Origin: Amoebophrya sp. A120
Lineage: Eukaryota > Protista > Dinoflagellata
Reading direction: 5' to 3'
NCBI GenBank assembly: GCA_905178155.1
Contig: CAJINV010000003.1
Coordinates: forward strand, 11,759,105-11,823,104
DNA: 64,000 bases
Shown: positions 39,649-51,479 of the stretch, piece by piece
Position numbering within the stretch: the stretch's first letter is position 1
Layout of the letters: each line of letters opens with the position of its first letter
Program-made: the position numbers and the translations under genes
The notes under the pieces: generated by a model
Told to the model about the DNA's origin: nothing
The model's database searches: none
What the model saw: only the letters and a program-made list of their open reading frames with translations

Positions 39649-40832
39649 TTCTTTCGTTCGCCTTGACAAGGAGTAGATATTATATGCCTGCTTCTTCCTA
39701 CTTCCTACTGCGGCAATTGGTGTGCAATGGCGCTTGGCCGCGCCTCGCAGTGCTCCTTACCCACGAACCGGCATCTTCGACATTTTAAGTTTCTTTAACC
39801 GAAGCAGGTGGAGCCCATGGGATTGTGTCACCTCGTCAACAAATCGTGCGGCCATTGTGTATTGTAGAAAAAAATGAATGAGCAGCGTCGCCAACAAAAA
39901 TTGCTCTAGAGAAATTGAAACAAACTAAGCGGGTACAACACCAAAATTTTCGGGGTAAAAGGTTCGGTCGGGGAAAAACACTACACAAATGGGAAAAAAG
40001 GTCGTAGATCCTGCTTTCTTTCGGTTTCTACATCACAATCGATCATGGGTCGCATACTTTCCAATTTGTCGACAAAAACAAACTTTTTCTCGAAAGACGC
40101 GAATTGGTGAAAAGACCTTGCGTAGATTCGTCCAAAAGTTGATCGACTTTTACCGCGAAGAAGCGCTTTGGTTGCAATTTGAAACTCGAGGTCCTCGACA
40201 CAAAAATTTGCGAAAAAGGAGCAATGGCAATCTCTGAGTGAAACATTCATGAATGATCGATGAGTCAGGCTGTCGCGATATGGTCCCTCAGGCAAACTGA
40301 AAAACTTGATATTTTTGAACCGAAGATCTCCTTCATTCGATTATTTCTATTTCAAAACTACCACTGCGTCGTCTGGAATTCGAAACAAACACATTCAAAA
40401 AAAGAACACGAGCGGCGCAAGATGAATCGGTGATGATGTATCTGTCACATCTTCACCGGGAGTTGCCGTACTGCAGTAATATTTGGATCACAATGAATCT
40501 ACAACTGCGCCACACGTAACTAGGTACTTACCACGACCGTTCCTCGGGACTGGGTGCTGTTCCTTTTGTTTTCGATGAACTTGGTTCCACTACTTTCAAC
40601 ATCAACACTCCTTCGCAATACTCCCGCCGTAAAGCTCAAAAACAAAAAGTTTGAGCTTGTTCTAACCACACACTCGTGGACAAAAAATGTGTCCGCCCGC
40701 GGAGAAGTCGTGTTGGCACTAGTAGAAGAACGACCCCCCGCCCCCGAGGTCTTTCTACTATAACTACGTGTGAAAATGTTCAAGTGAACAAGACCCCTGA
40801 AGTTTTATTCACAATACTTCTTCATCCCCGCC

Positions 40833-43365
40833 TCACAAATCCACGTTTTCGTACAGCCTTAAATGCCTGTCCATGGACACACTGGCGATCACATCCGGCC
40901 CGAACCACGCGTCCATGACCTCGTCCTTGTGGTCCGACAATGTTCTCTTGTGCACGAAACCGGCTTCCTTCGACTCCTGTGCGTAGATGTGGACCGCGGA
41001 CTCGCTGCAAATCAGCAGGTACTTGTATTACAGTGAAAAATGCCCCCACCCCCAATGTTGCATATAATTTGTGATGCTAAAACAACCGAACCGACATTGC
41101 CATTGTCCGGCATCGCTGGGAAGGCTTGCCTCCGCAGGCGCAATAATTTGTGATGCGAAGTTTCCAAATGAAAACTTTTTGTCATGCATGAAAGGAGTAT
41201 GAATCTTTCTGATGCAGAGTCTAGGCGCGTATCGCATCGCTTGCATGACAAGCACCGCTCTTGCTGGGATCTTTTGCAATACAAATTTTTGCCATTCACG
41301 ATCGGAAATCTGCGATGGTGATAGATGCAAGAGGGCGAATGTTTCATTTGGAAAGGTTTGCAATACAAATGCTCGCAGGTTGGGGGGTGGGGGCATAATT
41401 TTTCATTGCAATAACTTGCCCGTTTTGTCGTACCGGATCTTCTGCACCGTGTTTTCGTTGAACTCCAAGGTTTGGAGTAAATTCGACTTCCGCAGGTCCC
41501 AAATCTGCACGGCGCCGGAGCTGGTGGCGGCGGCCAGCGAGGTACAGTTCGGGTTGAACTGGCAGCAGGAAATGATCCCTCGTCCCGTCCTGTTCGGGTC
41601 TTGCTCATCCGCGGGCAGGGACATGGTGCCCGGAATGCTGTTGACGCCGTCGGAGGTTTCGTCCTCCTCGTTGACCGCATCTGGGTCGTTCACCGGCTGG
41701 ATCTCCAGCGCGCCGTCCGCGCGACCGAGCGCGAGCAAACCGCCTCCCGGGTGGTAGGAGCTTGCGGTCACCTCGCTGGGGAGTTGCTTGCGGTGGGCGA
41801 CGAGCTCGCCGGAGTTGGCATCCACGATGGACCAGGACTTGTCCTTGGAACTTGCGAGAAAATAGGGCCCCACGTCGTCGGAGGTGCAGGGGTGGAAGGT
41901 CACGTTGGTGATTTCCCGTCGGTGAAACCGGTAGCTGTTGGTCTTCACGAAACCCCGTTCCCACTCCTTGTTGTTTGCCCGCCAAATGCCGATCGACCCG
42001 TCCAGACCACCGGCCACGATAAAATCGTTGTAGGTAGCGACGGCGGTAATCGGCTTGGCGTCCTGTAGTAGTGGGTTTTTACAGTGAATACACATGAGGT
42101 CGACGAGGTGAATACAATCTTCAAAATTATGCTCATGCTAATTATACACAAGAACCTGAAAAAGTTTGTCACCTGCTCGCAGCTCGCAGAAGTACAACGG
42201 AAGCCAAATGCTATTATATGCTTTGTCATGATACTTCTGAAGTAAAAACTACTACAAGAACATCAATACCTTCAACTGTATCTTCAGTTGGTCCACCATG
42301 GACTTTTTTTGTTTGTGAAACACGACCACGGTTCCGTCTACCCCTCCCGTGACGAGCATATCCTCCAGTTCTGGGTGTAACGCCAAGCACCGAATGCCCT
42401 TCACCGTCGTCGAGTGCAGCGGCACGGCCGCGACCGGATCAAACTTTTCGTATTCGATGAACTGCTTATTCTTCTTTTCCCTTCTTGCCGCGCGGAATTT
42501 CGTTTCCAACTCCTGCATCTCCCTCAAAAAGTCCTTACTTGGGTAGTTCGGAATACTCTTCTGGACCCCGTTGCCCATGCTACCGGAAACCATCGCCCCG
42601 TTCGCGGTAAAGGCTTTGGGTCCCAGATTCTGCATCTCCTCAACGAGCGACTGATTCCTCTGCTTCAACTCGTCAATTTCCCTCTGTTGGTTCACCATCA
42701 GGCGGATGGCCGCGTCTTCCGTGTAGAGCGTCGTGGATAGTTCCTGCTTGAGCGATTTGTTTTCCTTCCGGATGCAGAAATTTTCCAGCAGAATCGAGTC
42801 CAAATCATTCCTCAATAACTGCACTAAATTGGGAATGCTGTGGGGGTGCGGTGCCTCGGGGACCTGCGCCCGCTCGGACTTAATCGCAACCAGGTCCTCC
42901 TTCTTCAGCGCTTCGCGGGTCACGGGACAGAATTTACCTGGAGATAAAACAAGTAGTAGAGGTTTTTATACATTAGGAGGATATCGTTTAAACTTGCATC
43001 ATTTAGAAAGATTCGTCACAATCGCATCACGTGGAGGTGGTCCTGGTGGTGGTCAAGGTCATCTAAATAACGCATGCAGCAAACAACCCACAGACCACCT
43101 CTGCAGCCCGTCTTTCGCTTTCTCAAGCAACACATTCAAAAAACATCCTATATATGGAAGTACCTGTGCTCTCCAAGTAGGTTTCGATAGCCCGCTTTTC
43201 GAAGATGTATCCGTGTGGCGAAAGAACGGGCTCCTGCGGCACTATACCGAGCAGGTTGCAGACAATCGAAGGCGCCACGCCCGTGTTGATTTTGGTCGGA
43301 TTGTCGTCGCCGAGGAGGGGCCCGCCATTGCGCAGAGCGGAATGGTCGTCGTCGGTGTGCTCCAT
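40833..43365 (-). CDS. PRP19: Pre-mRNA-processing factor 19 (U-box, coiled coil, WD40)
   Basis: U-box VPQEPVLSPHGYIFEKRAIETYL..G.CPVT; Prp19 coiled coil SIPNLVQLLRNDLDSILLE...QELSTTLY.EDAAIR; WD40 repeats. GT-AG introns 42938-43163 and about 42063-42269; introner 41026-41413. Confidence 0.93.
41026..41413. mobile_element. Introner family B with an internal 79-bp insertion
   Basis: B TIRs, perfect TSD ACTTG; removal gives the WD40 sequence YDKTGKYLLI. Confidence 0.93.
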
Positions 43366-44286
43366 GATTGAAAAATTGCTGTCGCTACGTAGAAGTTGTA
43401 CTTGAGGAATTCTTGAAGTGAATGGAAACAAGAACAATTGGCTCACGTCGTGTGTGAACAAGAACAATTGTGAACTCGCTAGATTTAATTCCTTTCGAAC
43501 ACCTCCGCAGACCAATTGACGCGACTACTTCTACTTCGTATGAAGGTTGTTCAACGAAGGTAGTATATTCGGTTCGTCTAATTAATACGGTCGCTGGTTA
43601 AAAATAGTGCGAAGATAATCGATTCATTTGAACCATGAAAAGAGGAAGAGAAAAGAAGTCACATGAGATGATCCATCGCATTTTCTTTTTCATGCCTGTT
43701 TTTGTTGCCACTGATAAAATTTGATCCCTTTCGCGGTTTGTCATCGGCTTTAGGTTAGTGACAGTTTGAAATTTATTCACGGGCACGGTAAACATGACGG
43801 GATCTTGGAGAATCGCCGGTGGTTGCTAGTTACTTACTTATCTAGGAGAAACCAACTTCAAAATTTTCTCTGGATCACGAAAGCATCTTCAACAGCATCT
43901 TCAAGATATTCCACGAAAGGCGGAACATGTTCAAATTCCACTCGTAAATGACTCGCATACGATCGCCATCAGCTGCTACTTGTTGCGCATGCTCTTTAAT
44001 GGAGGATTTTGCATGTTATAAGAACCTACTTCTTTCTACCTGCTCTGGTGCGCAAATCCATTGATCTTATTAGCGCCTCGAAGAACTCACAGAGGATGAT
44101 CCGTTGTTGTTTTGACATAATGCAAATGCTGGCCTATCATAATAAATTCGTTTTCATTTGTCACTGAGAGCGAAACAAAATCTGCCCCTGTACAGGGAAG
44201 CAGCTCCGCATCAACACCAGATGAGTAGTTCTCTGCTACTACTGGAATTAAACTCACTTCTCGGCCGCAGCACGTTCTGCCCCTGT

Positions 44287-47200
44287 TTACGCGGCGGGCC
44301 ACGGCTGCACGACGAAGTCCGTCGTCTCTTCCACCGAGGTCAAGTCAGATTTTTTCGACTTCAAGGGCAAGGTTAACTTGTCCACGTGCAGTTGCAACCT
44401 TGCACTCAGCACCTGCTCCTGCGACTCCGTGTCGTTGGGCGCGAGCATCGCTTCCACGACAATCTTCACCATCCCGAGGAAAAACGCGACCAGAAACCAC
44501 ACCGCGATGGGGTTCGGATCTTCCCCCGTGAGGTGCTTCAGAAAGCCCGTATCAAATGTAAAAATGTCTGGGTCTGGAAGATTCCGAGATTTGTCATGCA
44601 GTTTTTCCAAGCTCCACTAAGTCTGGAATGCAGGACCTAGCATCACAGGATCTGCAGCCCCTTTGTGATGCCTGTTCTGCATAAGAAATGCCCCCTCAGC
44701 ATGGCCAGAAATGAGCACCTTTTGCAAGTCACGCAACACAGATTTTTGTATGATGCGCAACATGCATCACAGGTTGCATTCTTCCAGACCCAGACATTTT
44801 TGCAATCCATAGCCCTCGAATTTATACAACTCCGCGGTGACGTATCAAAAGAAAAAAGCTCGTCACGAGCACTCATGGGCATTTTTGCAATACAAAAAAT
44901 GCCTGTCATGCGTAAAAATGCATGACAGCCAAACTTCATACGGGATTTCCCTTAGTGTTTCTGCAACACAAGGAAAAGCTGCGATGCTACGAAAATTTGT
45001 AATGCAAAGCCTCCAAGTTAGTGACTGTAACAAACTTTTTTCTCTCCATATGACGACCAAGAGGCAAGCGTTGAAGGGGATGGAGGCATAAACGATCCCG
45101 CGGAACACCTTGGTCCAAATCCCAATCCCAAACTCCGCGCCGACCGGGACCGGGCGGCGAACCAAGTACTTAATTTTCCAGTCGTCCACAAAAATTTCGC
45201 ACACCAGTGCAAGAAAGGACAAGATCGCGACCAGCGGACAGGAAATGGAGAACAGCACGAGAAAGCCAAACATCACGGCAATCTCCGTGAAGTCCTCGAT
45301 CGAGCCGTCGAAGGCCATTTCCCGCTCCCCATAGGGGTCTTGGAGGGTTTGCCGGTGGGCGGTTTCGAGCGTAAATTGGAGTTTTTGCCGCGTGATTTCT
45401 TCTTTCGATAGCTGCTTCTGCTTTTGTTCCGCATAATTGTTTCCATTTTCCTCATCGTCGTCGTTTGCGGAATCTACACTTGATTTAGTTTTCACCGCAC
45501 CCAGCAACGAATTCGAGCTGGCTTTGGAGGCTTTTCGCGGATCGCTCTGGCTGGTCGTGTGGTCTTCGTCGTGGTCTTTGGCGGAAGTTGTTTGCTCTTT
45601 CTCCTGCTTCAGACTGACGATCGAGGGGCTCGACTCGTGGTCATTCTGCACATTTGTCATTTGCTCTACTCCTCCTGTTGCTTCGCACTTCTTCTCCTCC
45701 TCAGTCTCTTTAAACCCGGACTTGAAAACCCTCTCTCGGTACCACTGCATCAGAATTGGCTGCGCCAGCTCGATGATGTTGCGGGCCGCGAAAACGAAGA
45801 TCAAAGAAACCAAATACCGGTTCGTGAGCCCAACTGCGCAAGTCACCCCGAAAATCAACGAGGGCTCAATGTGCGCGCAGATGGACTCATCCTCGGCCGA
45901 GAGGAACCTCCGGGAAGGTGAAGTTGCAGTCTCAAGAACTTGCTGCTGCACATCAACTGCCGGCGTTCTACTTGAGGAGAAAAAGTCAAACACCTTCTCG
46001 ACCCAGTCGCCGCCGAAGAAATATGCGCCTTGCTGCAGGAAGGAACTTGTAGTCCCCGCTGGTGGTCCTGCTTCACTTGGGTAGTTCAAAACGCGTGCTG
46101 TCGCTGGGTCAACATCTTCCCCCTGATTTTTCTCGTCCTCCAACGCCATCATGAAGAAGGCGTAGTAAATCAATATCAAATGTAAAAGTGTCTGGGTCTA
46201 GGAGATTGCGAGATTTGTCATGCATATTTGGCATGACCCAGGATGTCTGTAATGCATGACCTAACATCACTGATTTTTAGAGACCTTCCAGATGCCTACT
46301 CCGCATGACAAATGCCCTCCCCGCGTAGCACAAACTGGACTTCTCTTTTGCTGGTCACGCAATACAGATCTTTTATAGAGTCCAAAGTTAGCATCACAAG
46401 TTCCAACCTTCCAGACCCAGATATATTTGCAATGCATAATCAACGAGGAGTAGCAATTCAAAAAGTTGAACGCCGCGGTTTTGAACGCGTAGGAATCCAG
46501 GAAGGAGGAGTACAGTCTGTGGTTCTCGAACTGCGTCAACCACAACGCGACGATCGCGTAGACGTAGTTGAAAATCAGAATCACCACCGCGTTGATCGCG
46601 CCGACCAAAGACTGCGCGTAGTTGTAGTGGTAGTCGAAGAGGATGATCGTGCAGTACTTGGCGATCTTGATCCGCAAAGCCGAGATCAAAACCACCGCCA
46701 CCATGTATTACAGTGAAAAATGCCTCCACCCCCGAACTTGGGAGCATTTGTATTGCAAACCTTTCCAAATCAAACATTCGCCCCCTTGCATCTATCACCA
46801 TCACAGGTTTCCAATCGCGAATAGCAAAAATTTGTATTGCAAAAGACCCCAACAGCAGCCGGGTCTGTGATGCAAAAGACCCCTTGCGAACCTAGATTCT
46901 GCATCAGAAAGGCGCGCAATCCCTTCATGCAAGACAAAAAACTTTCATTTGGAAACTTTGCATGACAAACTTTTTCAAATTCCGGGGTGGGGACATTTTT
47001 CACTGTAATACCATGACCGCGGCAATCGCGCTGAGCGAAACCAAGTTCGAGATCATGGACCGCAGTTTCTTGATCCAGCTCGCGAAGTACAGCTCTCCCT
47101 TATTACAGTGAAAAATGCCCCCACCACCGAACTTGGGAGCATTTGTATTGCAAACCTTTGCAAATGAAACAATCGCCCTCTTGTATCTATCAGCATCACA

Positions 47201-50200
47201 GACTTCCAATCGTGAATAGAAAAAATTTGTATTGCGCAAGATCCCAGCAAGAGCGGCGCTTGTCATGCAAGCAATGCGATATACGCCTAGACTCTGCACC
47301 AGAAAGATTAGATTCATAGTCCTTTCATGCATGACAAAAAGTTTTCATTTGGAAACTTTGCATCACAAATTATTCTAACTTTGGGGGTGGGGGCATTTTT
47401 CCTTGTAATATCCCTCGTCCCCCGAGATCGGCGACTTGATTTTCTGTCCCCGGAACCGCTTTCTGGGTACCGGGACGATGCTAGCCGCGTGTCGCTGGGC
47501 GATGGTGGGCAGCACCCCGTGGAGCTGGAGGAGTTTTGTATTCTCCACCTTCACCCACCCGTCCACGCAGTTGCTGGACCAGACGGAAAGGAAGCACGCG
47601 TTCGCCAGCATGATCATCGCCGAGCAGTTCCGCTGCTCTTCATACCCCGTCCAGTAGAACCCGGCGACGATCTGGAAAATGGTGGCGAGAATCCCGAAAT
47701 ACACGGGGACTAACAGCCCCACGGTCATGTAGCGCGCGAAGAGGAAATACAGGGCGATCTTCTGCCCATAATACTCGTGCTCCATCGCAATAGACCAATA
47801 GTTCGCGAACGCGCCCGGCCACTTGAACCCGAGAGAAGCCATCTCGCCCGATCGGAGGCGGAGCAGGAAGTCGGAAAAAGGGTCGGTTTGAAGATCCTCC
47901 TCGGCGGCTGCTCCTGTAATTACGGTCCCGTCGCGGCGGTCTCCTTTTACGCTCAAGGCCAAACTAGTGCTAGCTTTCTCCTGCTCCTCTTCCCCGTCTA
48001 CCATTTTCCGCCCCCGCCCACTAAAACCGAATTTGAAGCACCCTGGACCGTTCACGCTATTCTGCACAATCTCCTCCGAGAAAAAATTGATCCCCGGCTG
48101 CAAGACGACGCCACCGGCGGACTTGGGGAATTCCTGGTACCACGGAAAGTTCGCCAGTCCCTTCATACGGTTAAGGTGCAAATCGTTCTTCATCAGCGAA
48201 ACAGAGTCCTCGAACTGCTTCAACTGTTTAAACGTCAAATTGTGCTTCATGCGATTCGTCATCCGGAGAAGTCTTTCCTGTTCGGAACAACTTGATGATG
48301 TTCCCGTCTTCTGAATGTTGCCGTCGCCGTCAGGGGAAGATGCTGTACCAGTTCCAGGAGGAGGTGCCTTCACGAAATACCGGCTTTGGATTAAGGGCTC
48401 GGACTTCAAACTGGAGTACACAAAGTCGCCCCGGAACAGGTACTCCTCGTAGGAAACCATGGAGAGTTCCTTCAGTTCCAAATCGTCGATGGGAAAGTAG
48501 TCCTGGAGGAACAAGCCGCCGTGCAGGCAGATCAAATCCGGCAAATCCAGATACTTTTCAATCGTGTTGCACATGATCTTCAGTCGTTCCGCGGCGGAAA
48601 AGGGCGTTTCGAGCAACTCGTTCTGTTGGTTCCGGACCTGAAACCGGGACCAGGGCACGTGCTCCCGCTGGTTCGTAAAGGGCAGGGCGACGTGTAGCGG
48701 TCCGGCGTTGAACCCGAGCCGGTTCCAGAGGTTTTGCAGCTCAATGTTCGTCTTCAACAAGCCTAAATCACGGTTCGCCTCGTGCATGGCCCGGAAGCTG
48801 GTCAGTCCCCGGGCCCGGTACTCCAGGTAAAGCAGATACGCTTTGCGCACCTCCTGCCACTTGTTGTCATCGGAAAGGAGCGCGGTCTTCTCAATGACGA
48901 ACTCCAACACCGAATTGGATCGGAACTGTGTCCCATCGCGAAGTGGTTTTCTATTATTCGTCGGCGTGGCACCGCTAGTGTCGGTCTGATGTTGTTGACT
49001 ACTGGTAAAAATTTTCGGTGGTTTCACAATCGCGGCAGGAACTACCGCCGGGGGCTTTTGGGCGGAACTTTCGGCCGCAGATTCCGCCGAGGAAGAAGCG
49101 GTGTCATTATTATTTTCCAAATCATCCTCGGAAGCTCTCTGGGATTTCTTCTTTTTCGGACTGAGAAACCCCGCGAGCGCCTTTGTCACACCGGCTAACG
49201 TAGGTTTCGCGTCGACGCCGGTGCCAGTGATGTCTTCCTTTTTCAGCCCCTTCACCTTCTGCCTTCGCGATAATTTTGTTTGGTGGTAGAAAGCGATTTC
49301 GGGCGGGACGGATTGCCAATTCGCCTCGAAATTCCCCACCATCTGTGTTTTTTGCGATGGGGTTTCGTGTTCTCGAACAGTTCGCTATGAAACGTTCCGC
49401 CCGGGAGCAGGAGCCGCACAATGAATTACTTATGATTATCCCAAGTGCATCACAATTTTTTCTTGAACAAAACCCTTTTTCATCTTCATCACCAGTACCT
49501 TCTTATACGCTTCCAGCACGTCCTTGTCCTTGGCCTGCATGAAGTGCTCGATCAACGGCCGGTATGCCCGGTCATGCGGCTCAAACGCCTCCGGGTCTAC
49601 CCGCTCCCAGTGCACCTTGGTCAACACCGACCTCGCCTCCGCCTGCTTCTTCAAATCCGTTAAATCCGCAGCGATGAGAATGTAAATGTACCGCGCATCC
49701 GGGGAGTAGTGCTGGCAAACCGTGTACTCGCACTTCTGCACGAGCAAGTACACTATCGTGTTGCGGACCAAAGTGAGAAAATCCTTGCATTTTTCCTTCG
49801 GATTCTCGCACTGCATGTAAAAGGGGACGATCTTCATCGGGCTGCCGGATGAACTCGAAACGGAATTTCTGTCCTTGCTCTGCGTGAACTGAACACCCGG
49901 CGCGCCCTGACCTCCGTTCGCGAACCGGCGGAGCTGTTTATTCGGGGGGAGATGATTTTGAGAAAAATGATCGTGGCCGTGTGTCGCAGCTCCGCCTCCT
50001 GTCGTGGGGTAAATTTTGGTCTGCTGGGTGGTCGCCGCAGGCCCTCCGCCCAGTGTACTAGTTGCACCGGAAGTAGTGTGGTTCTCTTCTGTCGTCGAAT
50101 CCACAGTAGTGGAAGTTCCCGTTTCCACAAGTGAGCTTGAAAGTATACCACCGCCTGCTCCAGCCGGTGAACCAAAATTCCCTACAGCTGGAAGCTTCAG

Positions 50201-50788
50201 AAACGCTTTCTCGAAGGCGGATTTCAACTCTAAATCGTTGGAGGGAAAAATCTTTTCGTACCAGTCGCGGGCTTTCTCCAAGGACACGTAAGAATTCTTC
50301 TCCCCCTCCGGGTGCGATTTCAAAAACGACTTGTGGTCCGGATTCGGGCACACGAAGCACAAAGCATGATCGAGCAAAAACTTGTTCTCGTCGTCATCGC
50401 CGGTACCCGTAGTGTTCCTGTTCTCTCGTCCCAGGCTCGGCACGTCGCCCAGTAGTTTCTCGACAATTTTCCCGATTCGGTCCTGCTGCAAATCGTATTT
50501 CGAAAGCCCCGGCTGCAGGAGCAACCTATTATTACCAGTACCGCTTGTAGTTGCTCCTGGACTTGTGCAAGCACCATCATGGTCTCCGGGGCTGGAAACC
50601 GTGCCGCTGTGCCGGCTCGCGGGAGAGATATTCCCGTCGCCACTCGCCAATCGTCTCGCTTTCTCGTAGCGGTCTTCGAACCGATCGAGGTCTGCAGCGG
50701 TGAACGGACAGGGCGTACCGCGGAGGGCGATTTTGCTCGGAGAGGGTGGAAGGCCGGGCGACGCTGTAGGTGTTGCTGGCGAGGACAT
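44287..50788 (-). CDS. Anoctamin/TMEM16-family channel or scramblase
   Basis: EYYGQKIALYFLF, LTQFENHR, FNFLNCYSSLIYYAFF, EDFTEIAVMFGFLVLFSISCPL, EIFVDDWK...RRP...IGIW. Five introners and the GT-AG intron 49343-49498. Confidence 0.92.
44550..44811. mobile_element. Introner family A
   Basis: TIR pair, TSD GCCCG/GCCCT; frame restored. Confidence 0.92.
44843..45050. mobile_element. Introner family G (short TIR TATCAAAAGAAAAAAG)
   Basis: Perfect TSD TGACG; removal gives LLVVTAELYKFEGFLK. Confidence 0.85.
46174..46438. mobile_element. Introner family A
   Basis: Perfect TSD ATCAA; removal restores the conserved anoctamin YSSLIYYAFF. Confidence 0.93.
46706..47010. mobile_element. Introner family B
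   Basis: B TIRs, perfect TSD CCATG. Confidence 0.93.
47101..47410. mobile_element. Introner family B
   Basis: B TIRs, perfect TSD TCCCT; frame restored (GDEGELYF). Confidence 0.93.
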
Positions 50789-51479
50789 CTTGAGTTTTCA
50801 AGAATCTACTTAGCAAAAGAACGGACTGCCGTACTTAGCAGTACGAAACGACATAATTACCCATCGAGGGCGCAAACAGGAGACTGGTACTAGCTCTTGA
50901 TCTACTATTACTGCGACGCTCACTTCGCTCATCTTTAGTGCTGCACACTTAGGAGGGTCACATCCGGAACGACCCCGCCGCTCCAGGAAACGTACCCAGA
51001 AAAGTTGTTCCCTTTGGTGTTGTTCTCCGGCTGTTTTGTTCTCTCCCCTGCTCGCCAGTGCTCAATACACAACTCGGAAAAGAAACAAAAATGGAAAAAA
51101 CAAGTGAAGTGACACAGGAGCAAAAACTGAAACCATACGAGGAGAAGCAAGCTACCGATCGTTGCATGTGTGTAACACAGCACAAAAACAATTGGCACGA
51201 CTAGCGAATCCCAATCTACCCGGTACAACTTAGTAGAACTGCAGGAGGTGTGTCTAAAGACCGCAGGACCACGACGCGGGTGCTGTTTATGATGTCCTCC
51301 AGGTTTAAGAGCAACAAGTGTCCGCACCTCCTCCAACAGCAGGTCGCCGCTTTCGAAAGTCGTTTTTTTGCCTATGCCGCTTATGGGATGAAACTACCAA
51401 CGGTCCTTGTTTCTTGTCGCTGATGTTGAAAAAAGTCGAAATAATGTCGCTACTGTAGAAAATCTTCTTCTATCTACAC

